From: an uncultured Gemmatimonadales bacterium
Lineage (GTDB): Bacteria; Gemmatimonadota; Gemmatimonadetes; Gemmatimonadales; GWC2-71-9
NCBI GenBank assembly: GCA_963728915.1
Contig: CAVSLV010000001.1
Coordinates: 1-64,000 of the forward strand
DNA: 64,000 nucleotides
Direction: 5' to 3'
Shown: positions 52,787 to 62,015 of the stretch, piece by piece
How positions within the stretch are numbered: position 1 is the stretch's first letter
Layout: each line of letters starts with the position of its first letter
The notes under the pieces: generated by a model
What the model was told of the DNA's origin: nothing
The model's database searches: none
Seen by the model: the letters and a program-made list of their open reading frames with translations, nothing else
Made by a program: the position numbers and the translations under genes

Positions 52787-52802
52787 GGCGGTATATTCTA
52801 CC

Positions 52803-53690
52803 ATGCGCGTCTCCTTTCTCGGTTTGGGCGCCATCGGAACGCCGATGGCCGCGCGCCTCGCCACCCGTCACGAGCTTACCGTCTGGAATCGCACCGCCGA
52901 GCGGGCTCGCGCCTTCGCGGCCGAGCATCCGGCGCGGGTCGCCGCGACGCCGCGCGAAGCCGCGACCGGGGCGGACGCCGTCATCACCTGTCTTCCCACC
53001 TCGGCGGATGTCGAGCGGCTGCTCGACGGCGGGGACGGCCTGGAGGGGGGGCTCGCCCGCGGCGCGCTCTTTCTCGATTGCACCTCGGGCGATGCCGCGA
53101 CCAGCCGCCGGATCGCCGAACGGCTCGCCGCCCGTGGGGTGGAGTTCGCCGACGCGCCGGTGAGCGGCGGCACCAACGGGGCCGCATCCGGTGTCCTGAC
53201 GGTGATGGTCGGCGGGGATCCCAGGGTGTTCGAGCGCGCCAAGCCGCTGCTCGAAGCCTTCGGGAAGCGCATCGTCCACATGGGACCGCTCGGCGCGGGC
53301 GACGCCATGAAGGCGGTCAACAATACCCTGCTCGCCGTGAATATCCTCGCGCTCTCCGAAGGGCTGACCGGACTCGTGAAAGCGGGCGTTCCCCCCCGGG
53401 TCGCGGTCGAGACCCTGAACGCTTCGAGCGGCCGCTCGTTCGTGAGTGAGAGCCTGATTCCCGAGCGAGTGCTCACGGGCGCCTGGCCGGTGACGTTCCG
53501 GCTCGCCCTGCTCGACAAGGATGTCGGCATCTGTCTGGGGCAGCTCGCCGAGCTTGGCATTCCGGCGCCGCTGCTCGAGCGGGCCGCCGAGCTGCTGCAT
53601 CGGGCCCGGGAGGAGCTGGGTGAGGGGGCCGATTACCTGGCCCCCATTCGGGCGCAGGAGCGCCGCACCGGGGTGGAAATCCGGGGGTGA
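52803..53690 (+). CDS. NAD(P)-dependent beta-hydroxyacid dehydrogenase (3-hydroxyisobutyrate dehydrogenase family)
   Basis: FLGLGAIGTPMA; VWNRT; DAPVSGG; KAVNN; LLDKDV. Confidence 0.92.
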   Translation: MRVSFLGLGAIGTPMAARLATRHELTVWNRTAERARAFAAEHPARVAATPREAATGADAVITCLPTSADVERLLDGGDGLEGGLARGALFLDCTSGDAATSRRIAERLAARGVEFADAPVSGGTNGAASGVLTVMVGGDPRVFERAKPLLEAFGKRIVHMGPLGAGDAMKAVNNTLLAVNILALSEGLTGLVKAGVPPRVAVETLNASSGRSFVSESLIPERVLTGAWPVTFRLALLDKDVGICLGQLAELGIPAPLLERAAELLHRAREELGEGADYLAPIRAQERRTGVEIRG

Positions 53691-54460
53691 GCCCACCGAT
53701 CCTGGTCCTGGTGGGAACCCAGGACATCGTGAACATCGCCGGCGCGGTGCGGCTGGCCAGCAATTTCGGGCTCGACACCATGCGACTGGTGGCGCCCCGG
53801 ATCTTCGATCCCTGGCGGATCGAGGGCATCGCTCATAACACGGCCGATTTCGTGTCCCGCATCACCGTGCACGGCACCTTCGAGGAGGCCGTGGCCGACT
53901 GCATGTTCGTCGCCGGTCTCACCGCACGGGAGCGTACCGCCAAACGGCGGACCCTGCGGCCCCGCGCCGCCGCGGCCGAGCTGATGGATCGGGCCCCGGA
54001 GGGCCCCGTCGCGGTGGTGGCAGGCCGGGAAGACAGCGGTCTCACCAACGAAGAGCTGGACCGCTGTCACGCCCTGGTCACCATCCCCACCGCCCCCGAC
54101 CATCGATCCCTGAACCTCGCCCAGGCGGTCGGCATCATGGTGTATGAGGCATGGCTCGCCCGGGGAGGGGAAGCCGGCGGGCTCAAGCCACCGCGCCGGA
54201 GCGCGCCCCGAGCGCCGGCGGCGAAACTCGAACTCTTGTTTCGGGATTGGGAGCGGTCGCTCTGGGCCATCGAGTTTTTCAAGACCCGGCAGCCCGAGAT
54301 CGTCATGCGATCGGTGCGGGAGGCCTTCTTCCGAGCCGATCTGGACTGGCGGGAGGCCTCCCTGTTGCGGGCGATGGCCCTGGAAACGGTGCGTTATCTG
54401 GAGCGCCAGGGCACCCCATTCGATTTGCCGGAACAGTTGCGCGATGTGGGGAGGGAATAA
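53687..54460 (+). CDS. trmJ: TrmJ/LasT-family SPOUT RNA methyltransferase
   Basis: NIAGAVRLASNFG; GREDSGLTNEEL; SLNLAQAV. Confidence 0.85.
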   Translation: MSPPILVLVGTQDIVNIAGAVRLASNFGLDTMRLVAPRIFDPWRIEGIAHNTADFVSRITVHGTFEEAVADCMFVAGLTARERTAKRRTLRPRAAAAELMDRAPEGPVAVVAGREDSGLTNEELDRCHALVTIPTAPDHRSLNLAQAVGIMVYEAWLARGGEAGGLKPPRRSAPRAPAAKLELLFRDWERSLWAIEFFKTRQPEIVMRSVREAFFRADLDWREASLLRAMALETVRYLERQGTPFDLPEQLRDVGRE

Positions 54461-54541
54461 ACCGAGTCGGCTACTTCCATGCGCCGACCGCTCCGTATAT
54501 TTTCGCTCGTCCCTTACTCCTTCACGCTCCGGAACTTACGC

Positions 54542-55153
54542 ATGCGCAAGCTGGTAGTCGCCGGAGGGATTACGAGCCTGGCCGCCCTGGTCCTGCTCGT
54601 ACCGTCGCTTCGTCGATCGACAACCCAGCAGCCGGCCACCCCGGCGCGTCCTGACTCGGCCATCGCGCCGAAGCTGACCGCCGCCGACTCCGGCATGCTC
54701 CAGGGACCGCGCCAGCCGATCTTCTTCCGCCACGACATCCACGCCGGGCAGTACAAGATCCCCTGCCAGTATTGCCATTACACGGTGGGAGTCTCGACCG
54801 AGCCGGGCATCCCCTCGGTGCAGACCTGTATGGGCTGCCACGCGGTGATTTCCGGAACCGACAGCACCGATCGCAAGGAGATCCAGAAGCTGCGTCAGTT
54901 CTGGAGCGACAGCGCCAATACCCAGGCGCCCCGGCTCGAGTGGGTGCGCATTCATGCCCTGGCGCGGTTCGCTCATTTCCCCCATATGCGGCACATCAAG
55001 GCGATGGGGGTGAATGCCTGTCAGACCTGCCACGGCGATATCGCCCGGATGCCACAGGTCTATCGGGTGAACACCGTGACCAACATGGGCTTCTGCATCA
55101 CCTGCCACCTGCAGCGCAACGTGAACCGGGACTGCACCGCATGCCACTACTAG
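54542..55153 (+). CDS. actA: Alternative complex III pentaheme cytochrome c
   Basis: Five CxxCH motifs (CQYCH, CMGCH, CQTCH, CITCH, CTACH); QPIFFRHDIHAG; N-terminal TM. Confidence 0.9.
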   Translation: MRKLVVAGGITSLAALVLLVPSLRRSTTQQPATPARPDSAIAPKLTAADSGMLQGPRQPIFFRHDIHAGQYKIPCQYCHYTVGVSTEPGIPSVQTCMGCHAVISGTDSTDRKEIQKLRQFWSDSANTQAPRLEWVRIHALARFAHFPHMRHIKAMGVNACQTCHGDIARMPQVYRVNTVTNMGFCITCHLQRNVNRDCTACHY

Positions 55154-55160
55154 ACCAGCT

Positions 55161-55181
55161 GCGAGGTGTGAGGGGTGAGGC
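55161..55181. repeat. Short heptamer repeat x3 between actA and actB
   Basis: gcgaggt gtgaggg gtgaggc. Confidence 0.5.
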
Positions 55182-55204
55182 GCTGGGGAAGGGGATGCGA
55201 AGCC

Positions 55205-58200
55205 GTGAGTAGTGAACTGACGCGTCACCCCCCGGACCTCGCAGCCCCGGTCGATCGCCGCCGCTTTCTCCAGGTGCTCGGCGTCACCACCGCGGGCACC
55301 GCGGCCCTCGCCGGGTGCGATACCGGACGCATCGAGAAGCTGGTGCCCTATCTGGTGCAGTCGGAGGAGCAGGTTCCCGGCATCCCGACCTGGTACGCCT
55401 CCACCTGTACCGAATGCCCGGCGGGCTGCGGCATCCACGTGAAGACCCGGGAAGCCCGGGCGATCAAGCTCGAGGGCAATCCGGCGCATCCCATCAATGC
55501 CGGAACCCTGTGCCAGCGGGGCCAGGCCGCGCTCCAAGGGCTCTACAACCCGGACCGCATCCCGGGACCGCGGGCCTCCTCAGGGCCGGGCGGTTTCGAG
55601 GGAATACTCTGGAACGAGGGTATCGATCGTCTCGCCGGCCAGCTCGGGCAGCATCACGGCGCAGTCGCGGTGATCAGCGGGGCGGGCCCCGGCACGTTCG
55701 ACACGCTCCTCGCCGCCCTGACCGAATCGGTCGGCGGAACCCTGCTGCGCTACCAGCCGTTCGACCGGAGCGCCGAGCGGATGGGATACGCCCGAGTCTT
55801 CGGGCTCGACGAAGTACCGGCCTATGACTTCGGGCGGGCCCGCTACATCCTGTCGCTCGGGGCCGATTTCCTGGAAACCTGGGGATCGGTGGTCGAGAAT
55901 CAGCGCGGCTTTGCCCAGTCCCATGGCTGGAGCAAGGAGGGCATGGCGCGCCACGTGTACGTCGGTCCCCGGATGAACCTGACCGGGATGAACGCCGACG
56001 AGTGGCACCCGGTGGTTCCGGGCACCGAGACCCTGCTCGCGCTGGGCATGGCGAACGTGATCCTCGCCGAACGAACCACCGTGCCGCAGGACGCGTTCGC
56101 GCTTCGCTCCGCGCTCGAGGGATACACTCCCGAACGGGTCGCCACGGAAACCAGCCTCACCCCGGACCTGGTCCGGAAGCTCGCGCGGGAGTTCGTCTCC
56201 GCGAGCCCGAGTCTCGCCGTGGCCGGGGGGATCGGGTCGCAGCATCGGGGCGCGGTGGACCTTTGCGCCGCGGTTGCGATCCTGAACTATGTCGCCGGCA
56301 ACGTGGGCCAGACGGTCCGCTTTGGCGCCGGGCTGCCCGCCTGGGATGACTATGGCGCCATGGAGCGTCTCATCGGACGGATGAACGCGGGGGAGATCCA
56401 GGTCCTCCTGGTGCACGAAGCCAACCCCGCCTACGCCCTCCCCGCCAAGGCCGGCTTCGCGGAAGCCATGGCCAACGTGCCCTTCAAGGTGAGCACGTCG
56501 CTTTTCCTCGATGAGACCGCCGCGCGGTGTGACCTGCTGCTGCCCGGGCACCATGCCCTGGAACGCTGGGATGACGCCGTTCCCCGTCAGGGAGTGCGCG
56601 GCCTCATGCAACCGGTCATGACCCCGGTGTTCGATACCAGGCCTACCGGCGACGTCCTGCTTGCGGTGGGAAAGAAGCTCGGTCCTAACCCGGCCTTCGC
56701 GGCCCCGAGCTATGAGGCCCACCTGAAACAGGGGTGGGCCGGCCTGGCGCCGCGGGGAGCCGACCCGGAACAGTTCTGGCGCGAGGCGCTCCAGCACGGA
56801 GGCCTGTTCGCCGGCTCGGAGCCCTCCGCCGGTCCGCCGGTCCGCCTGTCCTCCCCGACCTCGCTGACCTCTCCGACCACTCCGGCCTTCGATGGCGACG
56901 GCGAGTTCTTCCTGGTGCCGGCGCCCAGCTCGATGTACTACGACGGACGCGGGGCGAACAAACCCTGGCTGCTCGAGAACCCCGACCCGGTCACCAAGAT
57001 CACCTGGGATTCCTGGGTCGAGGTCCATCCTGAAACGGCCCGCCGGCTCGACGTCCGGGAAGGCGAGCTCGTCCAGGTCCGCTCTCCCAACGGGATGCTC
57101 GAAGTCCCGGTGTACGTCTACCCCGGGATCCGGCCCGATACCGTGGCCATGCCGCTTGGCCTCGGTCACACCGAGTACGGACAGTACGCCCGCGGCACCG
57201 GGGTCAACCCGCTGGACCTGCTCTCGGGCGCCGACGGTCAGGGTTTCCTGCCCTACCTGTCGGTGAAGGTCTCGCTCACCACGACGCGCGGCTATCGGAA
57301 GCTCTCCAAGACCGAAGGGAATCCCCGTCAGCTGGGCCGCCACATCGCCCTGCGGATGCCCTCGGCCGACGCGGCCAGGGGAATGACCGTCGAGGAGTCT
57401 CTGCGGCAGCTGGGCGAGGCGGAGCACGAGGTCAACACCGAGTCCGAGGTCGAAGCCATCGCCGGATTCCGCGAGTCGGTCCTGGAGAAGCGGAAACACG
57501 GCGCCTATGCCGAGGAGCACCCCCGCTGGGGCATGGCGATCGACCTCTCCCGTTGCACCGGCTGCTCCGCCTGCGTGACCGCGTGTTATGCGGAGAACAA
57601 TCTGCCCTGGGTGGGCCGGGATCAGGTCGCGATCGGCCGGGAAATGAGCTGGATGCGGATCGAGCGCTACTTCGAAGGAGGGGACGACCCGTCCGAGCCT
57701 TTCCGGGCCCAGGTCGTGCCCATGCTGTGCCAGCACTGCGAGAACGCTCCCTGCGAGCCGGTCTGTCCGGTCTACGCCGCCTACCACACGCCCGACGGGC
57801 TCAACGGCCAGGTCTACAACCGCTGCGTCGGTACCCGCTACTGCAGCAACAACTGCCCCTACAAGGTCCGCTACTTCAACTGGTTCCCCTTTGCCAAGCG
57901 GGCCTTCCAGGCTCCCCTGAATCTCCAGCTCAATCCGGACGTCACGGTGCGGGCCCGGGGGGTAATGGAGAAATGCACCATGTGTATCCAGCGGATCCGG
58001 GGGGCCCAACACCAGGCCCGCCTGGAAGACCGCGCCCTGGCCGACGGAGAGATCCAGACTGCCTGCCAGCAGGCATGTCCCTCCGGGGCGATCGTCTTCG
58101 GCAACGTGAATGATCCGTCCAGCCGGGTGGTGCAGGCCAAGCAGGATCCTCGCGGGTATCACGTGCTGGAGGACCTGAACACCCGGTCGAGTATCACGTA

Positions 58201-58222
58201 TCTCGCCAAGGTGGACGCATGA
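55205..58222 (+). CDS. actB: Alternative complex III subunit B (molybdopterin-oxidoreductase-like + Fe-S domain), Tat lipoprotein
   Basis: DRRRFLQ; LAGC; CTGCSACVTAC; CQHCENAPCEPVCP; CVGTRYCSNNCPY; EKCTMC..ACQQACP. Confidence 0.92.
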   Translation: MSSELTRHPPDLAAPVDRRRFLQVLGVTTAGTAALAGCDTGRIEKLVPYLVQSEEQVPGIPTWYASTCTECPAGCGIHVKTREARAIKLEGNPAHPINAGTLCQRGQAALQGLYNPDRIPGPRASSGPGGFEGILWNEGIDRLAGQLGQHHGAVAVISGAGPGTFDTLLAALTESVGGTLLRYQPFDRSAERMGYARVFGLDEVPAYDFGRARYILSLGADFLETWGSVVENQRGFAQSHGWSKEGMARHVYVGPRMNLTGMNADEWHPVVPGTETLLALGMANVILAERTTVPQDAFALRSALEGYTPERVATETSLTPDLVRKLAREFVSASPSLAVAGGIGSQHRGAVDLCAAVAILNYVAGNVGQTVRFGAGLPAWDDYGAMERLIGRMNAGEIQVLLVHEANPAYALPAKAGFAEAMANVPFKVSTSLFLDETAARCDLLLPGHHALERWDDAVPRQGVRGLMQPVMTPVFDTRPTGDVLLAVGKKLGPNPAFAAPSYEAHLKQGWAGLAPRGADPEQFWREALQHGGLFAGSEPSAGPPVRLSSPTSLTSPTTPAFDGDGEFFLVPAPSSMYYDGRGANKPWLLENPDPVTKITWDSWVEVHPETARRLDVREGELVQVRSPNGMLEVPVYVYPGIRPDTVAMPLGLGHTEYGQYARGTGVNPLDLLSGADGQGFLPYLSVKVSLTTTRGYRKLSKTEGNPRQLGRHIALRMPSADAARGMTVEESLRQLGEAEHEVNTESEVEAIAGFRESVLEKRKHGAYAEEHPRWGMAIDLSRCTGCSACVTACYAENNLPWVGRDQVAIGREMSWMRIERYFEGGDDPSEPFRAQVVPMLCQHCENAPCEPVCPVYAAYHTPDGLNGQVYNRCVGTRYCSNNCPYKVRYFNWFPFAKRAFQAPLNLQLNPDVTVRARGVMEKCTMCIQRIRGAQHQARLEDRALADGEIQTACQQACPSGAIVFGNVNDPSSRVVQAKQDPRGYHVLEDLNTRSSITYLAKVDA
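56824..56855. repeat. Octamer repeat (GTCCGCCN-like)x4 inside actB, followed by 9-mer repeats
   Basis: ctccgccg gtccgccg gtccgcct gtcctccc; encodes [10 protein letters not shown] then PTS-LTS-PTT. Confidence 0.7.
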
Positions 58223-59592
58223 CCGCCGTCGCCCAGCCTGCCCGGCGTCGGGAACCCCACACTCCGACCCAGACCCACGCCGAGGTCACCCGGGACGTCC
58301 TCGCGACCCTGGCCACTCCGAACCGGGGCTACTACTTCGCCCTGTTCGGGGCGATCGCGATGTTCCTGGTCGGCGCGGTCACCTTCGTCCTGCTGCTCAA
58401 GAACGGGCTGGGCCTGGCGGGCTACCAGCCGCCGGTGATGTGGAACGTGTACATCACCAACTTCGTGTTCTGGATCGGCATCGGACACGCGGGCACGCTG
58501 ATCTCGGCGATTCTCTTCCTGTTCCGCTCGCCCTGGCGAACCGTGGTCTACCGGTCCACCGAGGCCATGACCGTGTTCGCGGTCATGACCGCGGCGCTGT
58601 TCCCGATCATCCACATCGGCCGGCAGTGGATCTTCTACTGGCTGCTGCCCTATCCCAACCAGCGGTTCCTCTGGCCCAACTTCAAGTCGCCGCTCCTCTG
58701 GGACGTCTTCGCGATCACCACCTACTTCACCGTCTCCACCACGTTCCTGATCCTCGGCCTCATTCCCGACGTGGCGGCGATCCGCGACAAGATGAGCGGC
58801 TGGCGCAAGCAGATCTACAGCATGCTGTCGCTGGGCTGGACCGGCGCCAACAGCCAGTGGCGCCACTATACCCGCGGCTATCTCTACCTCGCTGCCCTGG
58901 CGACCCCGCTGGTCCTCTCGGTGCACTCGGTGGTGTCCTGGGATTTCGCGATGGGGATCGTGCCGGGCTGGCACGGGACCATCTTCGCGCCGTACTTCGT
59001 GGCCGGGGCCATCTACTCGGGGATCGGGATGGTGCTCACCCTCCTGATTCCGCTCCGCAAGGCGCTCAAGCTCGAGCACATGCTCACCGAGTACCATTTC
59101 GACAATCTCGGCAAGCTGACTCTGCTCACCGGCTCGATCCTGTTCTATGCCTACGCGATGGAGTATTTCGTCGCCTGGTACAGTGGCAACGCCTACGAGC
59201 AGACCACCTTCTTCCGCCGGGCCTTCGGCCCGCTCTGGTGGGCCGGCTGGACCATGATTCTCTGCAACGCCGGGGTGAGCCAGCTCCTCTGGTTCCGGAA
59301 GATCCGCACCAACACCACGGCGCTGTTTCTGGTCTCGTTGTTCATCAACCTCGGCATGTGGTTCGAGCGCTTCGTCATCATTTCCTCCTCGCTCAGTAAC
59401 GATTTCGTGCCCTACGCCTGGGCGAACGTCCGGGTGAGCTGGGCCGACTGGGGCATCCTGATCGGCTCGTTCGGATGGTTCCTGATGTACTTCCTGCTGT
59501 TCGCCCGGACCTTCCCGGTCGTGGCGATCCAGGAGGTCAAGGAGATGATCCCCTATCCGCGGAAGCGCGCCGCCGAGCGAGGTGCCCATTGA
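58219..59592 (+). CDS. actC: Alternative complex III quinol-oxidising subunit (NrfD/PsrC family)
   Basis: ITNFVFWIGIGHAGTLISA; HIGR; PNFKSPLLWD; SVHSVVSWDFA; WFERF. Confidence 0.93.
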   Translation: MTAVAQPARRREPHTPTQTHAEVTRDVLATLATPNRGYYFALFGAIAMFLVGAVTFVLLLKNGLGLAGYQPPVMWNVYITNFVFWIGIGHAGTLISAILFLFRSPWRTVVYRSTEAMTVFAVMTAALFPIIHIGRQWIFYWLLPYPNQRFLWPNFKSPLLWDVFAITTYFTVSTTFLILGLIPDVAAIRDKMSGWRKQIYSMLSLGWTGANSQWRHYTRGYLYLAALATPLVLSVHSVVSWDFAMGIVPGWHGTIFAPYFVAGAIYSGIGMVLTLLIPLRKALKLEHMLTEYHFDNLGKLTLLTGSILFYAYAMEYFVAWYSGNAYEQTTFFRRAFGPLWWAGWTMILCNAGVSQLLWFRKIRTNTTALFLVSLFINLGMWFERFVIISSSLSNDFVPYAWANVRVSWADWGILIGSFGWFLMYFLLFARTFPVVAIQEVKEMIPYPRKRAAERGAH

Positions 59593-60112
59593 TCGGGCGC
59601 CGCAGAAGAAGGTGCCCGGGGTCCTGGCGTCGTTTCTCCACGTCGACGCCGCGGTCGAGGCGATCCGCGGACTCAAGGCTCGAGGCTTCCGCGACCTGAC
59701 CGTGTACACCGCCTCGCCCAATCACGAAATCGAGGAGGTGCTCGATGAACCGGTCTCCTGGGTGCGCGCCTTCACGCTGATCGGCGGCCTGATCGGGGTG
59801 ACCTCCGGCTTTGCCATGACCTACTGGATGTCCTACGACTGGCCCCTGCTGGTCGGCGGCAAGCCGATCGCCACGGTTCCGCCCTACGTCGCGATCGCGT
59901 TCGAGCTGACGATTCTCTACGGCTCCCTCTGCACCGTCCTCGGGATCGCGGTCCTCTCGATGCGCAAGGCGCCCCGGGGACGCGCATTCGATCCCCGCTT
60001 CACCGATGACCGCATCGGCATCTTCGTTCCCTGCGCCACCGATCAGGCCGATGCGGTCCAGCGGCTCTTCGCCGAGGCCGGTTCCGAGGAGGTCACCGTC
60101 CATGCGGCGTAG
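59582..60112 (+). CDS. actD: Alternative complex III subunit D (DUF3341)
   Basis: DWPLLVGGKP; AFELTIL; DPRFTDDR; position in operon. Confidence 0.9.
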   Translation: MPIDRAPQKKVPGVLASFLHVDAAVEAIRGLKARGFRDLTVYTASPNHEIEEVLDEPVSWVRAFTLIGGLIGVTSGFAMTYWMSYDWPLLVGGKPIATVPPYVAIAFELTILYGSLCTVLGIAVLSMRKAPRGRAFDPRFTDDRIGIFVPCATDQADAVQRLFAEAGSEEVTVHAA

Positions 60113-60656
60113 TCTGGTGACCGCGGGACTCCTCCTGCTCGCCGGCTGCAACTGGTGGTACGACAAGGTGCCGTCGCCCGACCAGCTGTGGTACCGGATT
60201 CCCTGGTTCGACCACATGCTCGGGTCCCGGGCGGTCTTTCCCTACCAGACGGCCGGCATTCCCAGACGGACTCCAGAAGGCGTCGTGCCGATCACCGGCG
60301 CCGAGGCCGACTGGGGAGCCGAATTTAAACACGGGGTGTTCACCACCGCGAACAGCCTGCGCAATCCCACTTCTCCCCAGGAGACGCTCGCCCGGGGCGA
60401 CACTCTCTATCACTTCTTCTGCGCGGTGTGTCACGGTGGGGCCGGCACCGGCAACGGCCCGGTCGGTCTCCGGATGGGTGCGCCTTCCCTGGTCACCGAC
60501 CGGGCCCGGGCGTTTTCCGACGGCTACATCTACAGCTACATCCGTTACGGCGGGCAGACCCTCATGCCGCGGTATGGGGACAAGATCTACCGTCCTGAGG
60601 ACCGCTGGGCGGTCGTCAACTACGTGCGGCAGCTTCAGGGAGTGCTCTCCCAATGA
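60102..60656 (+). CDS. actE: Alternative complex III monoheme cytochrome c lipoprotein
   Basis: LLAGC lipobox; CAVCH; MPRYG; DRWAVVNYVRQLQ. Confidence 0.88.
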   Translation: MRRSLVTAGLLLLAGCNWWYDKVPSPDQLWYRIPWFDHMLGSRAVFPYQTAGIPRRTPEGVVPITGAEADWGAEFKHGVFTTANSLRNPTSPQETLARGDTLYHFFCAVCHGGAGTGNGPVGLRMGAPSLVTDRARAFSDGYIYSYIRYGGQTLMPRYGDKIYRPEDRWAVVNYVRQLQGVLSQ

Positions 60657-62014
60657 CCGAGCGTGATCTCCAGGAACGCCTCATCACCAATGCGGTCGGT
60701 GCGCGCTATGGCCTCTTCCTCCGGTTGGGCGGCCTGCTGCTGCTGATCGGGATCATCCTGTTCGTGATCGCCCTCAGGGGAGGGAACGCGGCGCGGGGCT
60801 GGCAGGCATTTCAGGTGAACTGGGTGTACTTCACCGGGCTGGCGGCGGGGAGTCTGGCGCTCAATGCCGCCTACAAGATCGGGAAGGCCAAGTGGACCGG
60901 AGTCATGATCCGGTTCTCTCAGGCCACCGTGTTCTTCGCCGGGGTCTCCCTGCTGGGGTGCCTGCTCATCTTCACGGTCGGCTACGAATCGGTCTACGGT
61001 CACATGCAGGAGCAGCTCGCCACCGTGTCCCCTGGGAAGGCGCTCTGGCTCTCCCACGGGTTCATGGCCGGGCGGCTGCTGGTGGGTCTGGTGCTGCTCT
61101 TCACCATCGGCTGGATGCTGGTCCGGGGCGACCTCCTCCGCGACATGGCCGCGGTCCGCACCTCGATCGGTACCTCCAGGCAGGCGATGTACAACCAGTG
61201 GACCGCGGGACGGGATAGTTCGCCCGAAGGGCTCGAACGAAGCGAAGCGAAGACCCACCGGCTCGCTCCGCTCTACGTGGTGGTCTACGCCATCGTCATG
61301 ACTCTGGTGGCCTTCGACGGGATCATGGCGCTCCAGCCCCACTGGTTCTCCAATCTGCTCGGCGGTTTCTACTTCATGGGATCGTTTCTGGGCGCGCACA
61401 TGCTGCTCGCGCTGCTCATGCTGTATGGCCGCCGGCATCTCGGCATCAAGGATCTGGTGAGTCCGAAGCAGCGCCATGATCTCGGGAAGATGTGCTTCGG
61501 CTTTACGGTGTTCTGGGCCTATCTCATGTGGGCCCAGTATCTGGTGATCTGGTACGGAAACCTGCCGGAGGAGACCGGGTTCGTCTTTGCGCGGCTCTGG
61601 GGTCCCTGGGTGCCGGTGGCCCGCTGGGTCTTCCTCGGGATGTTCCTGATTCCGTTCTGGGGCCTGTTGTTCGTCGCGGCGAAGAAATCACCCTTCGTGC
61701 TGGGCCTCATGGCAACCGTCAGCCTGGTGGCGCTCTGGCTGGAGCGCTACCTGCTGGTGACCCCGACGGTCACCCCGATCGAGCACCCGGTCTTCGGGTT
61801 GCCCGAAGCCGGACCGTTGCTGGCATTCCTCGGCGCCTTCCTGGTGTGCTATGCCATGTTCGCGCGGATGTTTCCGATGGTGTCGCCCCGGCTCGCGACC
61901 GTGACGCTCCGCCAGGAGCGGAAGCACGGTATCGAAGACGAGTTCCTCCACGACGAGCACCAGGGGGATTTCGCCATGCCGCCGGAAATGGAGCGGCGCG
62001 ACCACCCCCGCTAG
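60653..62014 (+). CDS. actF: Alternative complex III subunit F (membrane)
   Basis: DGIMALQPHWFS; HDLGK; FWAY..QYLVIWYGNLPEET. Confidence 0.9.
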   Translation: MTERDLQERLITNAVGARYGLFLRLGGLLLLIGIILFVIALRGGNAARGWQAFQVNWVYFTGLAAGSLALNAAYKIGKAKWTGVMIRFSQATVFFAGVSLLGCLLIFTVGYESVYGHMQEQLATVSPGKALWLSHGFMAGRLLVGLVLLFTIGWMLVRGDLLRDMAAVRTSIGTSRQAMYNQWTAGRDSSPEGLERSEAKTHRLAPLYVVVYAIVMTLVAFDGIMALQPHWFSNLLGGFYFMGSFLGAHMLLALLMLYGRRHLGIKDLVSPKQRHDLGKMCFGFTVFWAYLMWAQYLVIWYGNLPEETGFVFARLWGPWVPVARWVFLGMFLIPFWGLLFVAAKKSPFVLGLMATVSLVALWLERYLLVTPTVTPIEHPVFGLPEAGPLLAFLGAFLVCYAMFARMFPMVSPRLATVTLRQERKHGIEDEFLHDEHQGDFAMPPEMERRDHPR

Positions 62015-62015
62015 C

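Noticed and set aside
55580..58162. Long antisense or alternate-frame ORFs (also 5222-7429, 32028-34097, 40164-42458, 11376-12962)
   Set aside because: Shadows of well-supported genes in high-GC DNA, with no motifs of their own
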